DNA of 64,000 bases from an uncultured delta proteobacterium (GTDB lineage Bacteria > Desulfobacterota > Binatia > Bin18), in contig CAVTCR010000056.1 in the NCBI GenBank assembly GCA_963733195.1, positions 32,001-96,000 on the forward strand, written 5' to 3'. How positions within the stretch are numbered: position 1 is the first letter of the stretch; every line of letters starts with the position of its first letter. The position numbers were made by a program, and so were the translations under genes. Below the pieces are notes generated by a model that was not told the origin of the DNA, searched no databases, and was given only the letters and a program-made list of their open reading frames with translations. Shown piece after piece: positions 11,806 to 22,670 of the stretch.

Positions 11806-12108
11806 ATGAGAAGAACCATAAAACCTCTTATTCGTGAAGTTGTTGGAGGAGAACCATATGAGTATTACCCTGTTGGTCGTCACATTGTGGTTGCACCAGG
11901 AGTGTGTGGCGGACGACCGACTTTCAAGTATACCCGGATTGACGTCCGACATGCGTTGAGCCTGCTCGCTGCCGGGCGGACAGTCGAACGTGTAGCGCAA
12001 GGCTACCAGATCCCTGTCGCAGCAGTACGAGAAGCACTTACACTAGCAGCGAAGGCACTAGACCAGAAAACTCGAAGCTTGGGGCAAGAACTGGCAGAAC
12101 GTGCATGA
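11806..12108 (+). CDS. DUF433 family antitoxin
   Basis: PGVCGGRPTFKYTRIDV signature. Confidence 0.88.
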   Translation: MRRTIKPLIREVVGGEPYEYYPVGRHIVVAPGVCGGRPTFKYTRIDVRHALSLLAAGRTVERVAQGYQIPVAAVREALTLAAKALDQKTRSLGQELAERA

Positions 12109-12515
12109 TTGTCCTCGATGAAGAGCTGCAAGGGTTAGGACTGGAGGAAGAAATCTCAAATTGGTATCGCGGGTCTGTCCTTCTGATCAAAGCCTTACGG
12201 CCAGGAACTGTCATTAAGGACGAAGCAGTTCCAAGCTTACTGCGTCAGGTCAGGCAACCTACTTTCGTAACAATCAACCATAGCGATTTCTGGCGACGGG
12301 CTGCTGCTGAAAAATCTTTTTGCTTACTCTGTTTCAAACTCACTGCTGACCAAGTCGATGAGCTTTCCTACTTGCTACGGCGGATCTTCAAGATTCCAGA
12401 ATTCCAGACGAAAAGCATGCGAATGGGGAAAATTGCCTTAGTCAGTCAACGAAACCTTCAGTATTACGACGTTCACGACAGACTCATCCATTTCCTTGGT
12501 TGGCCAACCATATAA
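12105..12515 (+). CDS. PIN-like (DUF5615/VapC45-type) toxin
   Basis: MIVLDE N-terminus, [15 protein letters not shown]; overlaps the DUF433 stop (ATGA). Confidence 0.7.
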   Translation: MIVLDEELQGLGLEEEISNWYRGSVLLIKALRPGTVIKDEAVPSLLRQVRQPTFVTINHSDFWRRAAAEKSFCLLCFKLTADQVDELSYLLRRIFKIPEFQTKSMRMGKIALVSQRNLQYYDVHDRLIHFLGWPTI

Positions 12516-12613
12516 GTGAGTTTGAGGATGAGGATAGTCTCAACCTTGACATCTCCCTCAGCCCCGGCGCATACTCGCTTCCTCTTTCTGCTGAAAAAAG
12601 GAGAGTCCTTGGC

Positions 12614-13819
12614 ATGCAACAGGCACTCAGCGGCATTCGCGTTGTTGATCTAACGCACTACATCGCCGGTCCATACTGCACCAAGCTGTTAGCCGATTAT
12701 GGTGCACAGGTGGTGAAGGTCGAGAGACCTGGTGTCGGAGACGGCGCGCGTACGTTACCACCGTTCTTCGCGAACACACCAGGGTAGGAACGCAGTGGTC
12801 TCTTTTGTTTTCTGAATACCAACAAGCAGGGTATCACGCTTGACCTCAAGCAGGATCGTGGACGTGAGGTTGTACTCCGGCTTGCTCAGAGTGCAGATGT
12901 GCTGGTGGAAAATTTTCGCCCTGGGGTGATGGATCGCTTGGGGCTCTCACGTGCAGATCTGGAAAAGGTGAATCCACGCTTGGTGACAGTGTCGCTCTCC
13001 AATTTTGGTTCTTCGGGACCTTATCGCGATTACCAAATGACTGATGGTGTTGCCTATGCGTTAGGGGTCTGGACCTATCCGATGGGTGAAGTTGATCGTC
13101 CTCCGGTACAACCTGGTGGTGCGTTTGGGCAATATATGGCTGGGCTCTATGCGGCAATCGGTGCGTTGCAAGCCGTGCGTCATCGTAATGAAACTGGGCA
13201 AAGCCAGTCAGTCGAAGTCTCAATCCAGGAAGCGCTGGTCGCGACCACGTTGTATGACTTCGTCGCGTTTTCATACGCTGGCTTCTTACGCAAGCGTTCT
13301 GGTCGTCAGTTTCATCTCGGTTACCCGAATCTAGTCACGTTGCCGTGCGCGGATGGGTATGTCGGTTTCCATGCCGGATTGCCACAACATATTCACCATC
13401 TGTTAGAACTCGCCGGGCGACCAGATCTTGCGGCTGAACCACGTTTCAACAGTCTGGCGACGATCGGAGCGCACGCAAAAGAATTGCATGATGTCCTAGA
13501 GCCGTGGTTGAAGACACGCGGAAAATGGGAAGTGTTCCATACTGCGCAGAAACGCGGCATTCCGACCTCACCAATTCCAACACCTGACGAAGTCGTGAAC
13601 TGGCCACATCTCAAAGAGCGACAGGCGTTCATTGAGGTTGAGCATCCAGAAGGTGGGAAAGTGAAAATTCCCGGACCGCCGTTCCGTGAGCAAGGTAAAC
13701 TACCCTGGCCGTTGCGTCGCGCGCCACTGCTCGGGGAGCATACGGAAGAGGTACTGTGTGGGAAGCTCGGGTATAGTGCGGCGGAGGTGCGGGGGATGCG
13801 GGAGAAGGGGATTGTTTAA
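12614..13819 (+). CDS. family III CoA-transferase (CaiB/BbsE-like) with an in-frame TAG at 12785-12787
   Basis: [10 protein letters not shown]...[14 protein letters not shown]; the same frame continues after TAG with [27 protein letters not shown] and APLLGEHT. Confidence 0.88.
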
Positions 13820-13981
13820 AATGCAGAATGATGAATGCAGAATGATGAATGTCAAAGAGAAAACATCGATTGTTTCACTTTTTGGCTGGCTACTGATAGC
13901 TGAGAACTGATAGATGTAGGGCGGGCTGTGCCCGCCAGTGAGAGACGGCAGGCGTAGCCTGCCCTACAGGAGAGTGTAATC

Positions 13982-15212
13982 ATGACCAAACCACTCCGTA
14001 TCATTGATCTCACTAATGGTTGGGCGGGACCGCTAGGCACGTGCTTGATGGCAGACTTTGGTGCCGAGGTGATCAAAGTCGAATCGCCGTCACACATGGA
14101 CTGGTGGCGTGGTGCCGGACTGCAAGGAAGCGCTGACGGGCCGAAGTTGTACGAGGCATCACCAACCTTCAACACGGTCAATCGCAACAAATACGGAATT
14201 GCTCTCGAACTGATGCATCCACGTGGACGGGAGTTGTTCCGTGAGTTAGTGAGAGTCAGCGATGTGCTTGTCGCGAACTATCCCTTACGGAGCCTGCGCA
14301 AGCTCGGAATCGACTTTCAGGCACTCTCTGCCGTCAATCCTAATTTGGTGATGGTGACATTGCCTGCGTTCGGCGGCAGCGGGCCAGACAGTGAATACGT
14401 CGGCTTCGGTTGTACGACCGAAGCAATGGCCGGGATTACTGGCGTGAGCGGTTACACTGATGGACCGCCACAGATGTTGAGTAACGCGATTGGTGACCCA
14501 GGCACAGCGCTCAATGGCTGTTTCGCGACGCTTGTTGGTTTGTTCGAGCGTGACCGACGCGGAGCAGGTGTTTCCATTGATCTGTCTCATGTGGAAGGGC
14601 TTTTGCCGATGAACGCCGAGGCGTTGCTAGACTACACCATCAACGGCGTTGTGCAGGGACGCCGAGACAACCGCCATCCTACGATGGCTCCGCATGGATG
14701 CTATCCGTGTAAAGGTGATGACGAATGGTTGATGATTACCATCGCGTCTGATGCTCAGTGGCAAAAGTTCTGTCAGGTGTTGGGAAACCCGACCTGGGCT
14801 CAACGTGAACAATTTGCTACGGCTGCCGGAAGAAAAGCAGCGGAAGATGAACTCGACCGCCACATTGCTGAATGGACCAAAGAGCATGACCACTACGAAG
14901 CCATGGAATTGTTGCAAAATGCTGGTGTGGCTGCTGGTGCAGTGATCTCAGGTTTGGAAGTGTTGAGCGATGCCCACATCACTGCGCGTGAATTTATGTT
15001 GCCAATCGACAAAGCCGAAGCAGGAACGCATCTCTATCCTGGATTCGTGCCGCGATTTTCTCCGGATACATCCACTCTGGAGCGACCCGCGCCCTGTTTT
15101 GGTGAGCATAATGACTATGTCTTCGGGACGATTCTTGGGTTGCCGTCGCAAGAAGTGGAAACTGCTCGTGAAAGAGCGCATTATTAGCAAGGAGCCGATT
15201 TTTCCGGCGTGA
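13982..15212 (+). CDS. family III CoA-transferase (BbsF-like); frameshift near the 3' end
   Basis: LRIIDLT..WAGP, NRNK, AIGDP catalytic Asp, APCFGEHN. Confidence 0.9.
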
Positions 15213-15235
15213 TGATCTGTTATACGAGAGGAAGG

Positions 15236-15665
15236 GCTGCGAGAATTTCGCAGGACGTCTCTCTGCCTCGATCGGTTGCGATCGAAATCGCCACTCGAAA
15301 CTCGCAAGGGTCAACCCTGATTTTGCCACTACTGCATACTGGTAGGCATCATTCCAACAATCGAGGATTAAAGTCTTTTGCGTATCGACAACCGCTGCCA
15401 TAACTTCTGGAGATATGCCTATGCAGGCGCTACATCCAGTATCAAGTAGCATATCCCTTCGGGGAGACGTGCTGAAAGGCTCGATGGCGCTTTCGCCGAA
15501 AGAGGCTCACAGCAGCGGCTAGCGAACGTAGGCGACGAAATCAGAGCACGGAAAGAACTCATTTCTGATGCACTTTTGGAGAAGCTGCTCCTGCTTCGTG
15601 AGCCGCTCTCTTGCTTCAGGGAGGATTTCCAGTGTCAGCATTGGTGTCAGAAGGAGATTTCATTT
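15236..15665 (-). pseudogene. PIN-domain (VapC) toxin, many indels
   Basis: Fragments across frames resemble MKYLLDTN, DAYQYAV, SFD and DFD; directly follows DUF2281. Confidence 0.6.
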
Positions 15666-15886
15666 CTCTTCGAGCACGCCAGTCTGAGATTTAATGTTGA
15701 AGTCTCGCTAGATGTATATGCATCTCGTAAGTCTTTGAGTGCTCCAGCCCAGGAAAATGTAGGTTGATGTCTTGGCCGTTTATTCCGCTGCTCCAACAAA
15801 AATATGACAAAGTCTCTCACTTCTTCTTGGTAATCTGGCGGAAGTTCTTTCACCAGTTCCTCCAGAGATCGCGAGTGTTCTTGCAT
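15647..15886 (-). CDS. DUF2281 family antitoxin
   Basis: ELPPDYQEEVRDFVIFL...FSWAGALKDL. Confidence 0.8.
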   Translation of the reverse strand: MQEHSRSLEELVKELPPDYQEEVRDFVIFLLEQRNKRPRHQPTFSWAGALKDLRDAYTSSETSTLNLRLACSKRNEISF

Positions 15887-18800
15887 ACGTCCATCCTTTC
15901 GACTTCAGTATAATGCCTCACTGCCCTCAATTCTTCCAACAACGCTTTGGCTTCTTGCAAATCTTTGGTATCAAAGCCTTCGGTAAACCAGTTGTAGACT
16001 TCGGATAACATCTTGTGAGCTTCGTCGAGTCTGGTGCGTGTGTCGTGTTGCGTGGTACGTGATGCGGACGGTGTTGCTTGCTGCTGTCGCAGTCGTACCA
16101 GGCTCATTACTGCACGCAGTTCGAGGGATTTGGCTTGTTGCTTGCGCGCGATGTCAATGGCTTTGAGGAAGCATTCCTCTGCCTCGGCTTGGGTGCTAGG
16201 GGTTGGGTGCTGGGGGTTGGGGACTGATAACTGAGAACTGACGACTGACAACTTTTGCAGAGTGAGTTCGCCTTTCAGCCGATACAGCTCGGCTTCGTAG
16301 AACCGCTCTCCAGTTTTGTCTGCACGATCACCAGCGCTTCGGCCAGTGCATCCAGTCCTTCTTCAGCTTGTCCACTTTTCCCATACGCCTCGGCTAAGAG
16401 CCCTAGCCAATACGACGCTGTATTCTTCTGCCCCTGTGGCCCGGAAGGCAGCCAGAGCCCTGGTGTATCTCTGTAATTCCCTCTTCTTCTTGTCCTTGCT
16501 CGGCGAGCGCCCAGCCTCGCAGATACGTGTCCCATCGCCAAGAGTAGCGGAAACCCTTGCTCGGTCGAGAGTGTAATAGCTGCCTCGTGCTCTGCTCTCT
16601 GGACTGCCTGTCCCTCCCGGCGGTAGCTGATAGAACGCAAGCAGCAAAGCACAGAGGCAAAAGCTAAGCTAAAGGGATGCGATCAGCTCCTGAGCTAGGG
16701 CGAGCGCCTCGTTGCTCCTTTTGAAAGCCTGGTCTGGATAACCCAGCAACCACAAGGCTAAGGGCAGCAAAGGATCAGCAGACATTACTCCAGGATCGTA
16801 TCCGTAGAGAAAAGGCAGGGAGCGATGCTGCTGTGGGTCGTAGAGGGAATGCCTTGCTCCAGGTGCTCTCGGGCAGCAGTAAACTCTCCCAGAAGCAGTA
16901 CAAGTATTCCCTAGCGCCAGTGGGCCTCCAAGAAGAGAGCTGGGTCTTGTGCTCGCTGGGCCAGGCTGAAGAATTGCTCCGCCAGCTCGTGCGCCGTCTG
17001 GTATTCCGCCCGCACAAGATAAAATGACCCACAGTCCCTATAGGACCGGGAAGAGCTGTGGGGTTTCTCCCATCTGCTCGCATAAGTTCCCGCGCTCGGG
17101 TGTAGACTGTTTCTACCTCGGGGAGCCGCAAAGCCTGTGGTGGCTATGCAGCGGCACGCCAGGGCGATTTGCAGAGTCGAGTTCTTGCTGGGCGCGCTCG
17201 GGCTGTCTGGCAGAGTCTTGAGCAGCTCCAAGGCATTCGTGAGGTGACTGATCGCTTCCGCATTCGCCGACCGCTGCACGGCTTGTTGTCCAGCAAGCTG
17301 GAGATAATCCACTGCCTTCTGTGTATTGCCACTGCGGCTGTAGTGATGGGCTAAGGCGCTGTAGTGATCATCAAGCTTGTAGCGATAGACTTCTTCGATC
17401 GCTCGTGCGGCACGTTCGTGCAGCACTTTGCGTCGTTCTTGTAACAGTGAGTTGTAGGCTACTTCTTGGGTGAGCGCATGCTTGAAGATGTACTCAACAT
17501 CTGGAAAAGCCGGTTGTTCGTAAATGAACTCTGCTGCCTGGAGATGGGCGAGCTGGCCGTAGAGTTCTGTTTCTGGTTGCGCGACGACTCTTTTCAGCAG
17601 GCTTGCGGAGAACTCCCGCCCAATCACCGCCAGTGTTTGCAGTAGGCCTTTCTCGTCAGGCGGCAGACGATCCATGCGGGCGGCAAGTATGCCTTGAACC
17701 GTGGTGGGAAGACGCAGGTCAACATACTGGTGGGCAATGCCCACCCTACGCGGATCGGTCAATATTCCCTGTTCGCGCAACTCCTGCACGATCTCTTCCA
17801 TGAAGAAGGGGTTGCCTTCGGTTTTGTCAAGGATGAACTGCCGTAGGGGCGCAGCATGCTGTGCCTCTACATCGCCTAACAACACCGTCAACATCTCCTC
17901 TGCTTGTTCTCGCCCCAACGGGTCGAGCCGTAACTGGGTGTAATAGCCTTTGTTGCTCCAATCATGGCGATACTCGGGGCGGTAGTTCACCAGCAGGAGA
18001 ATTCTGGCAGTCGGAATACTTTCGCTGAGCAACGTGAGGAACGTTTGTGTTTCGGCGTCCAACCAATGCAAGTCTTCAAAGACGAGGATGAGCGGTTGGT
18101 TGAGGCTTTCACGGAGCAAGAGTCGTTTTATTGCGTCGAGAATCCGTCGTCGTCGGATTTGCGCGTCCATCTGCTGCAACGGCGAGGTTGGTTCGGCAAT
18201 GCCCAGCAAGAAGAACAGATAGGGCAGGACATCTTCTAAGCTACGATCGAGCGTGAGTACACGGCCAGTAATTTTCTCGCGTCGTATCCGTTCATCGTCG
18301 TGAAGTCCGAGTTGAAAATAGTTCTTCAACAGATCGATGAGCGGTAGGTAGGGATACGCTTTTCCATGCGAGACCGAGAACGTTTCCAGCACCAGGCACC
18401 GTTGGGTGGGAAGGGCAGTACGACCATAGGCGGCAAGAAACTCGAAGAACAGTCGAGATTTTCCCACACCCGGTTCGCCCACCACGCCGGCGATTTGACC
18501 ATGCCCGGCTTTGGCTAATTCCCATACCCGCCGCAATTGTTCCATTTCACTCTGGCGTCCGACAAAGCGCACCAACCCCCGCCGCGCTGCCACCTGCAGC
18601 TTGGTGCGTAGCGGACCAACGCCAGAGACTTCGTAAATATGGACGGGCTCAGTGAAGCCTTTGATCTGTGCTGGACCTAGCGACTTAAAATCAAAATAGC
18701 CTTCGGTGAGTTTATGCGTATGTTCGCTGACGACGATTGCCCCCGGCGTGGCGAGGTTCTCCATGCGTGAGGCGAGATGCGTCGATTGTCCCACTGGCAC

Positions 18801-19485
18801 GTAATCTGTATGCAAATCATCTTTACGGATCGAACGGAGTACGACCTCACCTGTGTTGACACCCACGCGAATTTGTAGCGTGAGTCCTTTCTCCCGTCGT
18901 AGCTGTTCCGCTTGTTTTCTACTTTCTTCTTGCATAAGCATTGCGGCATACAACGCACGTTGGGGATGATCCTCATGGGCAATCGGGGCGCCGAAGAGGG
19001 CGAAGATGCCATCCCCTATAGACTGCGCGACGTAGCCCTCATAGCGATGCACCGCATCCATCATGCACTGCAAAACGGGATCAAGGATTGCCCGGGCTTC
19101 TTCAGGATCGAGATCGTGAATCAGGTCGGTTGAACCTTTGATATCGGCAAAGAGGGCAGTAATACTCTTACGCTCGCCATCTGGTGCGCCGCGGGCTTCC
19201 ATGGCTTCCCGCTCGGCCTGAATCCGTTCGGCAAGGTGACGAGGGGTATAACTTGCTGGGGGCTGGGAACTGACAACTGATAACTGAGTAACTGACAACT
19301 TTTTTTGTCTTTTGCCTTTTGCTTTTTGTTTTGCCCGTAAGGGTCGTACCGCATTCGCCACAAAACTTGGCGGTTGGCCTGACCTCACGCCCGCAACTCG
19401 GACACGCCTGCACCAGCTTGATGCCGCATTCCTCGCAGAACTTCGTGCCTTCAGGGTTCGCAAACCCGCAGCTTCCGCATTGCAT
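15850..19485 (-). CDS. double zinc ribbon + adenylate/guanylate cyclase + AAA ATPase + TPR protein (multiple frameshifts)
   Basis: MQCGSCG..CEECG..CPSCG..CGECG; ERKSITALFADIKGST; GEPGVGKS; EDLHWLD; FKHALTQE; WFTEGFDTKDLQEAK. Confidence 0.88.
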
Positions 19486-19621
19486 GTTGTCTCTTTACTC
19501 TTCTGCGCAATACAGGGCAAGGAAAAGGAATGTTCGCGTTCATCCTTCGACTTCGGCGCTTGCGCCTACGCTCAGGACGAACGGTAAGATAATCTAGGCC
19601 GGTTCTATGAGCCGCTAGCTC

Positions 19622-20240
19622 CTAATCCCTAATCCCTTTTTCTGGAACATACTCAATCGGTGACTTGGAGAAATCCCACGCCTGGATCTTCTTGGGAACA
19701 ATCTTGGTGAAGACGCGCCCGATGTTGTCTTTGAAAATTTGGCTGTTCTCGATGCCTTGCTGCGGCGAACATGCCACGAAAAGCTTCGCGGGTCATACCT
19801 AACGCGCCATCGCGTTCAAACAATCCGTAACGGTTCGAGAGCATCGCCACCCCTTGCTCAGGGGTGTACTCCCCTTTCCACGGGCCAGCATCAATAGTCA
19901 CTTTCTGTCCTGATCCGACTTCAGTCATCTGTGCATCACCGAAAATCAGTACCGCTTTGGCGAGGTTGCTGCGCATGCCCATCAACGGTCGATCGTCCAT
20001 ATCGACCACTACCGAACAGCGGGGATTGCTCTTCAGGTTCTTGCACGATTGGCGGTTACGCGTCAGCGAAACATAGAAGCACTCCCCATCCCAGTAGTAC
20101 CAAAGTGGAGCGATATGCGGGTATCCGTCTATCCCATGTGTTGCCAAGCGGGCAATCCAGCGACCAGAGAGAAACTCGTCAATCTCCTCTTTTGTCATTG
20201 CCACGTGTGGATGCCACGCTAAGACTCCGCTGACTTTCAT
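19622..20240 (-). CDS. pyridoxamine 5'-phosphate oxidase-like (PPOX/F420-binding) protein; 3' frameshift
   Basis: ARLATHGIDGYPHIAPLWY, NLKSNPRCSVVVD. Confidence 0.85.
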
Positions 20241-20484
20241 ACACACCTCCGGGAAGCTGTCAGCTACTCAGCCGTCAGCTGTCAGTCCTTTTCTTACCAC
20301 AGAGACCGTGCTTCTTGACAGAGGGAAGGGGAAGCGAGTAGGATCGCTTCCAGGAAAGTAGAAAATGAACGCGGAATGCTGAACGCTGAACGGAAGACGA
20401 AGGTCGAGGATATTCTTTAATTCAAGACTGGGATCTGCCAATACATAGTTTGCATTCGACAATTTTTGGAGTACGAAGGGGGCC

Positions 20485-21600
20485 GTGCAGCTATTGCGCG
20501 AGGGATATCATGAGCAACTGTTTCTGCTCACGAACGAGCGAGGGGAAGCGATCGTTCGTAAACAAGCAAAGCCTAAGCCCGACGGGACGTTACTGACTGA
20601 AATCGCGTGGCTGGAAGAACTCCCTCCGCGCTGCCGTCAGCATTTTCCTCGTGTGCTTCGCTCTCACAAGAAGAGTGATGGGCAGCCATTTTTTTACGAA
20701 ATGCCATATTTCGGGCAAGAGTGGGTGTTGCTGTCTGACTTGATTCTCAGCGGTGCCATTGATCGTCCTCGTGCGCTTGCCTTGATTGCACGAGTAATGC
20801 AGGTGATGTTCGACAACATTTTCCCGACGACCTATCCTGAAGAAACCGCAGCCTATCCCGAGAAGCTCATTCGCCTGCTTGAACAATGCCTCCGGCGGAT
20901 TACTGAACTGCCGGCGTTTCGACCCTTCATCTTTGCTGACACGATTCGCGTTAATGGTGAGGAATGTCGGAATGTGTTCTCCTTGTTAAGAGAGGTCAGG
21001 GCGAACTCGTGGTTACGTGCGACGTTGTGCCCTGCGGTGGTGCGGAAAGTGCACGGCGATTTATATCCAGAGAATGTCTTAATCCGGTTACCAAGTCTGC
21101 GCCGGTCTGTTCCACAAGTGATGATTCTTGACCCAATTGCGGCGATTGGTTTGAACCGGGGTGACTTTGCCATGGATATTGCTAAGTGCAAAAGCTGGCT
21201 ATCGGCAGAGCTGCTCGCGCTGCGCCTTGGGCTCTTTACTATCCAAGAGGAACGTGGTGCATCACCGTCTTTTACGCTGACGTTGCGCATGGAAGATGAG
21301 CAACTCCGCGCCTTGAGTGATGGATTTTTATCGCACGAGTTTCTTCAGTTCTTCGGTTCGACACAATGTTCACGCACAGTATGTGATGAAGATCCATCTT
21401 GGCAACGGCGTGTTAGCTTTTACGAAGCGCTCTACGCGCTGAGCATGGTTCCACTGGTGCCGACGTGGCAGAGCCTCGCACGCTTCTTGGTCGGGGTGCA
21501 GCACTTCCATACGTTCGTTTCTGCTTCGCGCGCTGATGGGTTATCCGTTGCTAGCCGGGAGCCCAAGTCGCTCAATTCCATACTGACTACTGGCTACTGA
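20485..21600 (+). CDS. APH/kinase-like phosphotransferase, unknown substrate
   Basis: VRK, EIAWL, YEMPY, VHGDLYPENV Brenner motif, ILDP, DIAK. Confidence 0.7.
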   Translation: MQLLREGYHEQLFLLTNERGEAIVRKQAKPKPDGTLLTEIAWLEELPPRCRQHFPRVLRSHKKSDGQPFFYEMPYFGQEWVLLSDLILSGAIDRPRALALIARVMQVMFDNIFPTTYPEETAAYPEKLIRLLEQCLRRITELPAFRPFIFADTIRVNGEECRNVFSLLREVRANSWLRATLCPAVVRKVHGDLYPENVLIRLPSLRRSVPQVMILDPIAAIGLNRGDFAMDIAKCKSWLSAELLALRLGLFTIQEERGASPSFTLTLRMEDEQLRALSDGFLSHEFLQFFGSTQCSRTVCDEDPSWQRRVSFYEALYALSMVPLVPTWQSLARFLVGVQHFHTFVSASRADGLSVASREPKSLNSILTTGY

Positions 21601-21626
21601 CTACTGGCTACTTTTGGGAGGAATCT

Positions 21627-22661
21627 ATGCGTTTCGGTTTTTTTGATCAACTTCCCTGCGCGGACGCGCAGTCAGAACACCAACGTTACACAGACATTCT
21701 GGCACAGATTGAGCTCGGTGATACGCTGGGATTTGATACCGCTTGGCTTGGAGAACTTCACTTTGGCCGTCGCTCGTCGCTTCTTGCCTCCCCATTGATG
21801 GTCCTGGCTGCTGCCGCTCAGCGGACCAAACGTATTCGTTTGGGAACGGCGGTTACTCTCTTGCCTTTACACAGTCCAGTGAAAATTGCTGAAGAAGCAG
21901 CAACTGCTGACATTCTCAGTGGTGGCCGTCTTGAATTTGGCGTTGGCCGTGGGACGGCACCTATTCACTTTATCGGTTATAACGTGCCACCAGAGGAGAG
22001 TCGTGAACGATTTGAAGAAGCACTTGATGTGATTCTGAAAGCATGGACCGAGGAGCGCTTGTCCTACGACGGTAAGTATTTTCAGGCGCAGGACCTTGCC
22101 ATCGTTCCCAAGCCGTTACAAAAACCACACCCGCCGATTCGCTTGGCTGCTAATAGTCCGGACACCTTTACCATTGCTGGGCAGTTAGGGTTGCCGATTT
22201 TTGCCTCACCATTGATTAACCCGCCGGCGAAGTTACGCGAATTCCTTGACGTCCATCGCCAGACACTAAAGCCTGGGGTAAAGCAGGATGTAGCGTTGAT
22301 GTTCTCGGTGCACGTGTCGGAGAGCCGAGAGCAAGCCCGACGGGAGTGTGAGGCAAGTCTAAAAAACTTCTTCCTTGCTGCGGGCGAGCGGCTAAAACCA
22401 CTCGGTGAGACGACAGTTAAGAGTTATGAGGCTTTTCATGAAGCGGTGAAGAAACTCGAACGTGCGACCTATGAGAGCGTTGAGCGCATGAGCGTATTTG
22501 GCGATCCTGATTATTGTGTGGAACGCGTCCGCGCGCTGCGTGAGCAGTTTCACATGGATGAATTTATCGGCTACTTCAATCAAGGGGGACTCGTCGATCA
22601 TGCGATTATCAAACGGTCGATGGAGCTGTTTGCTAAGGAAGTCATTCCACGTTGTCGATGA
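21627..22661 (+). CDS. LLM class flavin-dependent oxidoreductase
   Basis: WLGELHF, RTKRIRLGTAV, SGGRLEFGVGRG. Confidence 0.93.
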   Translation: MRFGFFDQLPCADAQSEHQRYTDILAQIELGDTLGFDTAWLGELHFGRRSSLLASPLMVLAAAAQRTKRIRLGTAVTLLPLHSPVKIAEEAATADILSGGRLEFGVGRGTAPIHFIGYNVPPEESRERFEEALDVILKAWTEERLSYDGKYFQAQDLAIVPKPLQKPHPPIRLAANSPDTFTIAGQLGLPIFASPLINPPAKLREFLDVHRQTLKPGVKQDVALMFSVHVSESREQARRECEASLKNFFLAAGERLKPLGETTVKSYEAFHEAVKKLERATYESVERMSVFGDPDYCVERVRALREQFHMDEFIGYFNQGGLVDHAIIKRSMELFAKEVIPRCR

Positions 22662-22670
22662 GGAGGATTC

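Larger units (their letters stand above)
6025..11809 (+). pseudogene. class III adenylate/guanylate cyclase + AAA ATPase + TPR protein, interrupted by two IS elements and several frameshifts
   Basis: MTFDEVL...RVSYRALKR N-terminus; RRQLTVMFCDLVGST, GDGLLVYFGYP, RIGIHTG; Walker A GEPGIGKS; EDLHWAD; FKHALIQD; WFTEGFDTKDLQEAK C-terminus. Confidence 0.9.

Noticed and set aside
12785-12787. Pyrrolysine recoding
   Set aside because: A single TAG at an apparently non-catalytic position, no pyl genes in the window, and TAG serves as a normal stop elsewhere.
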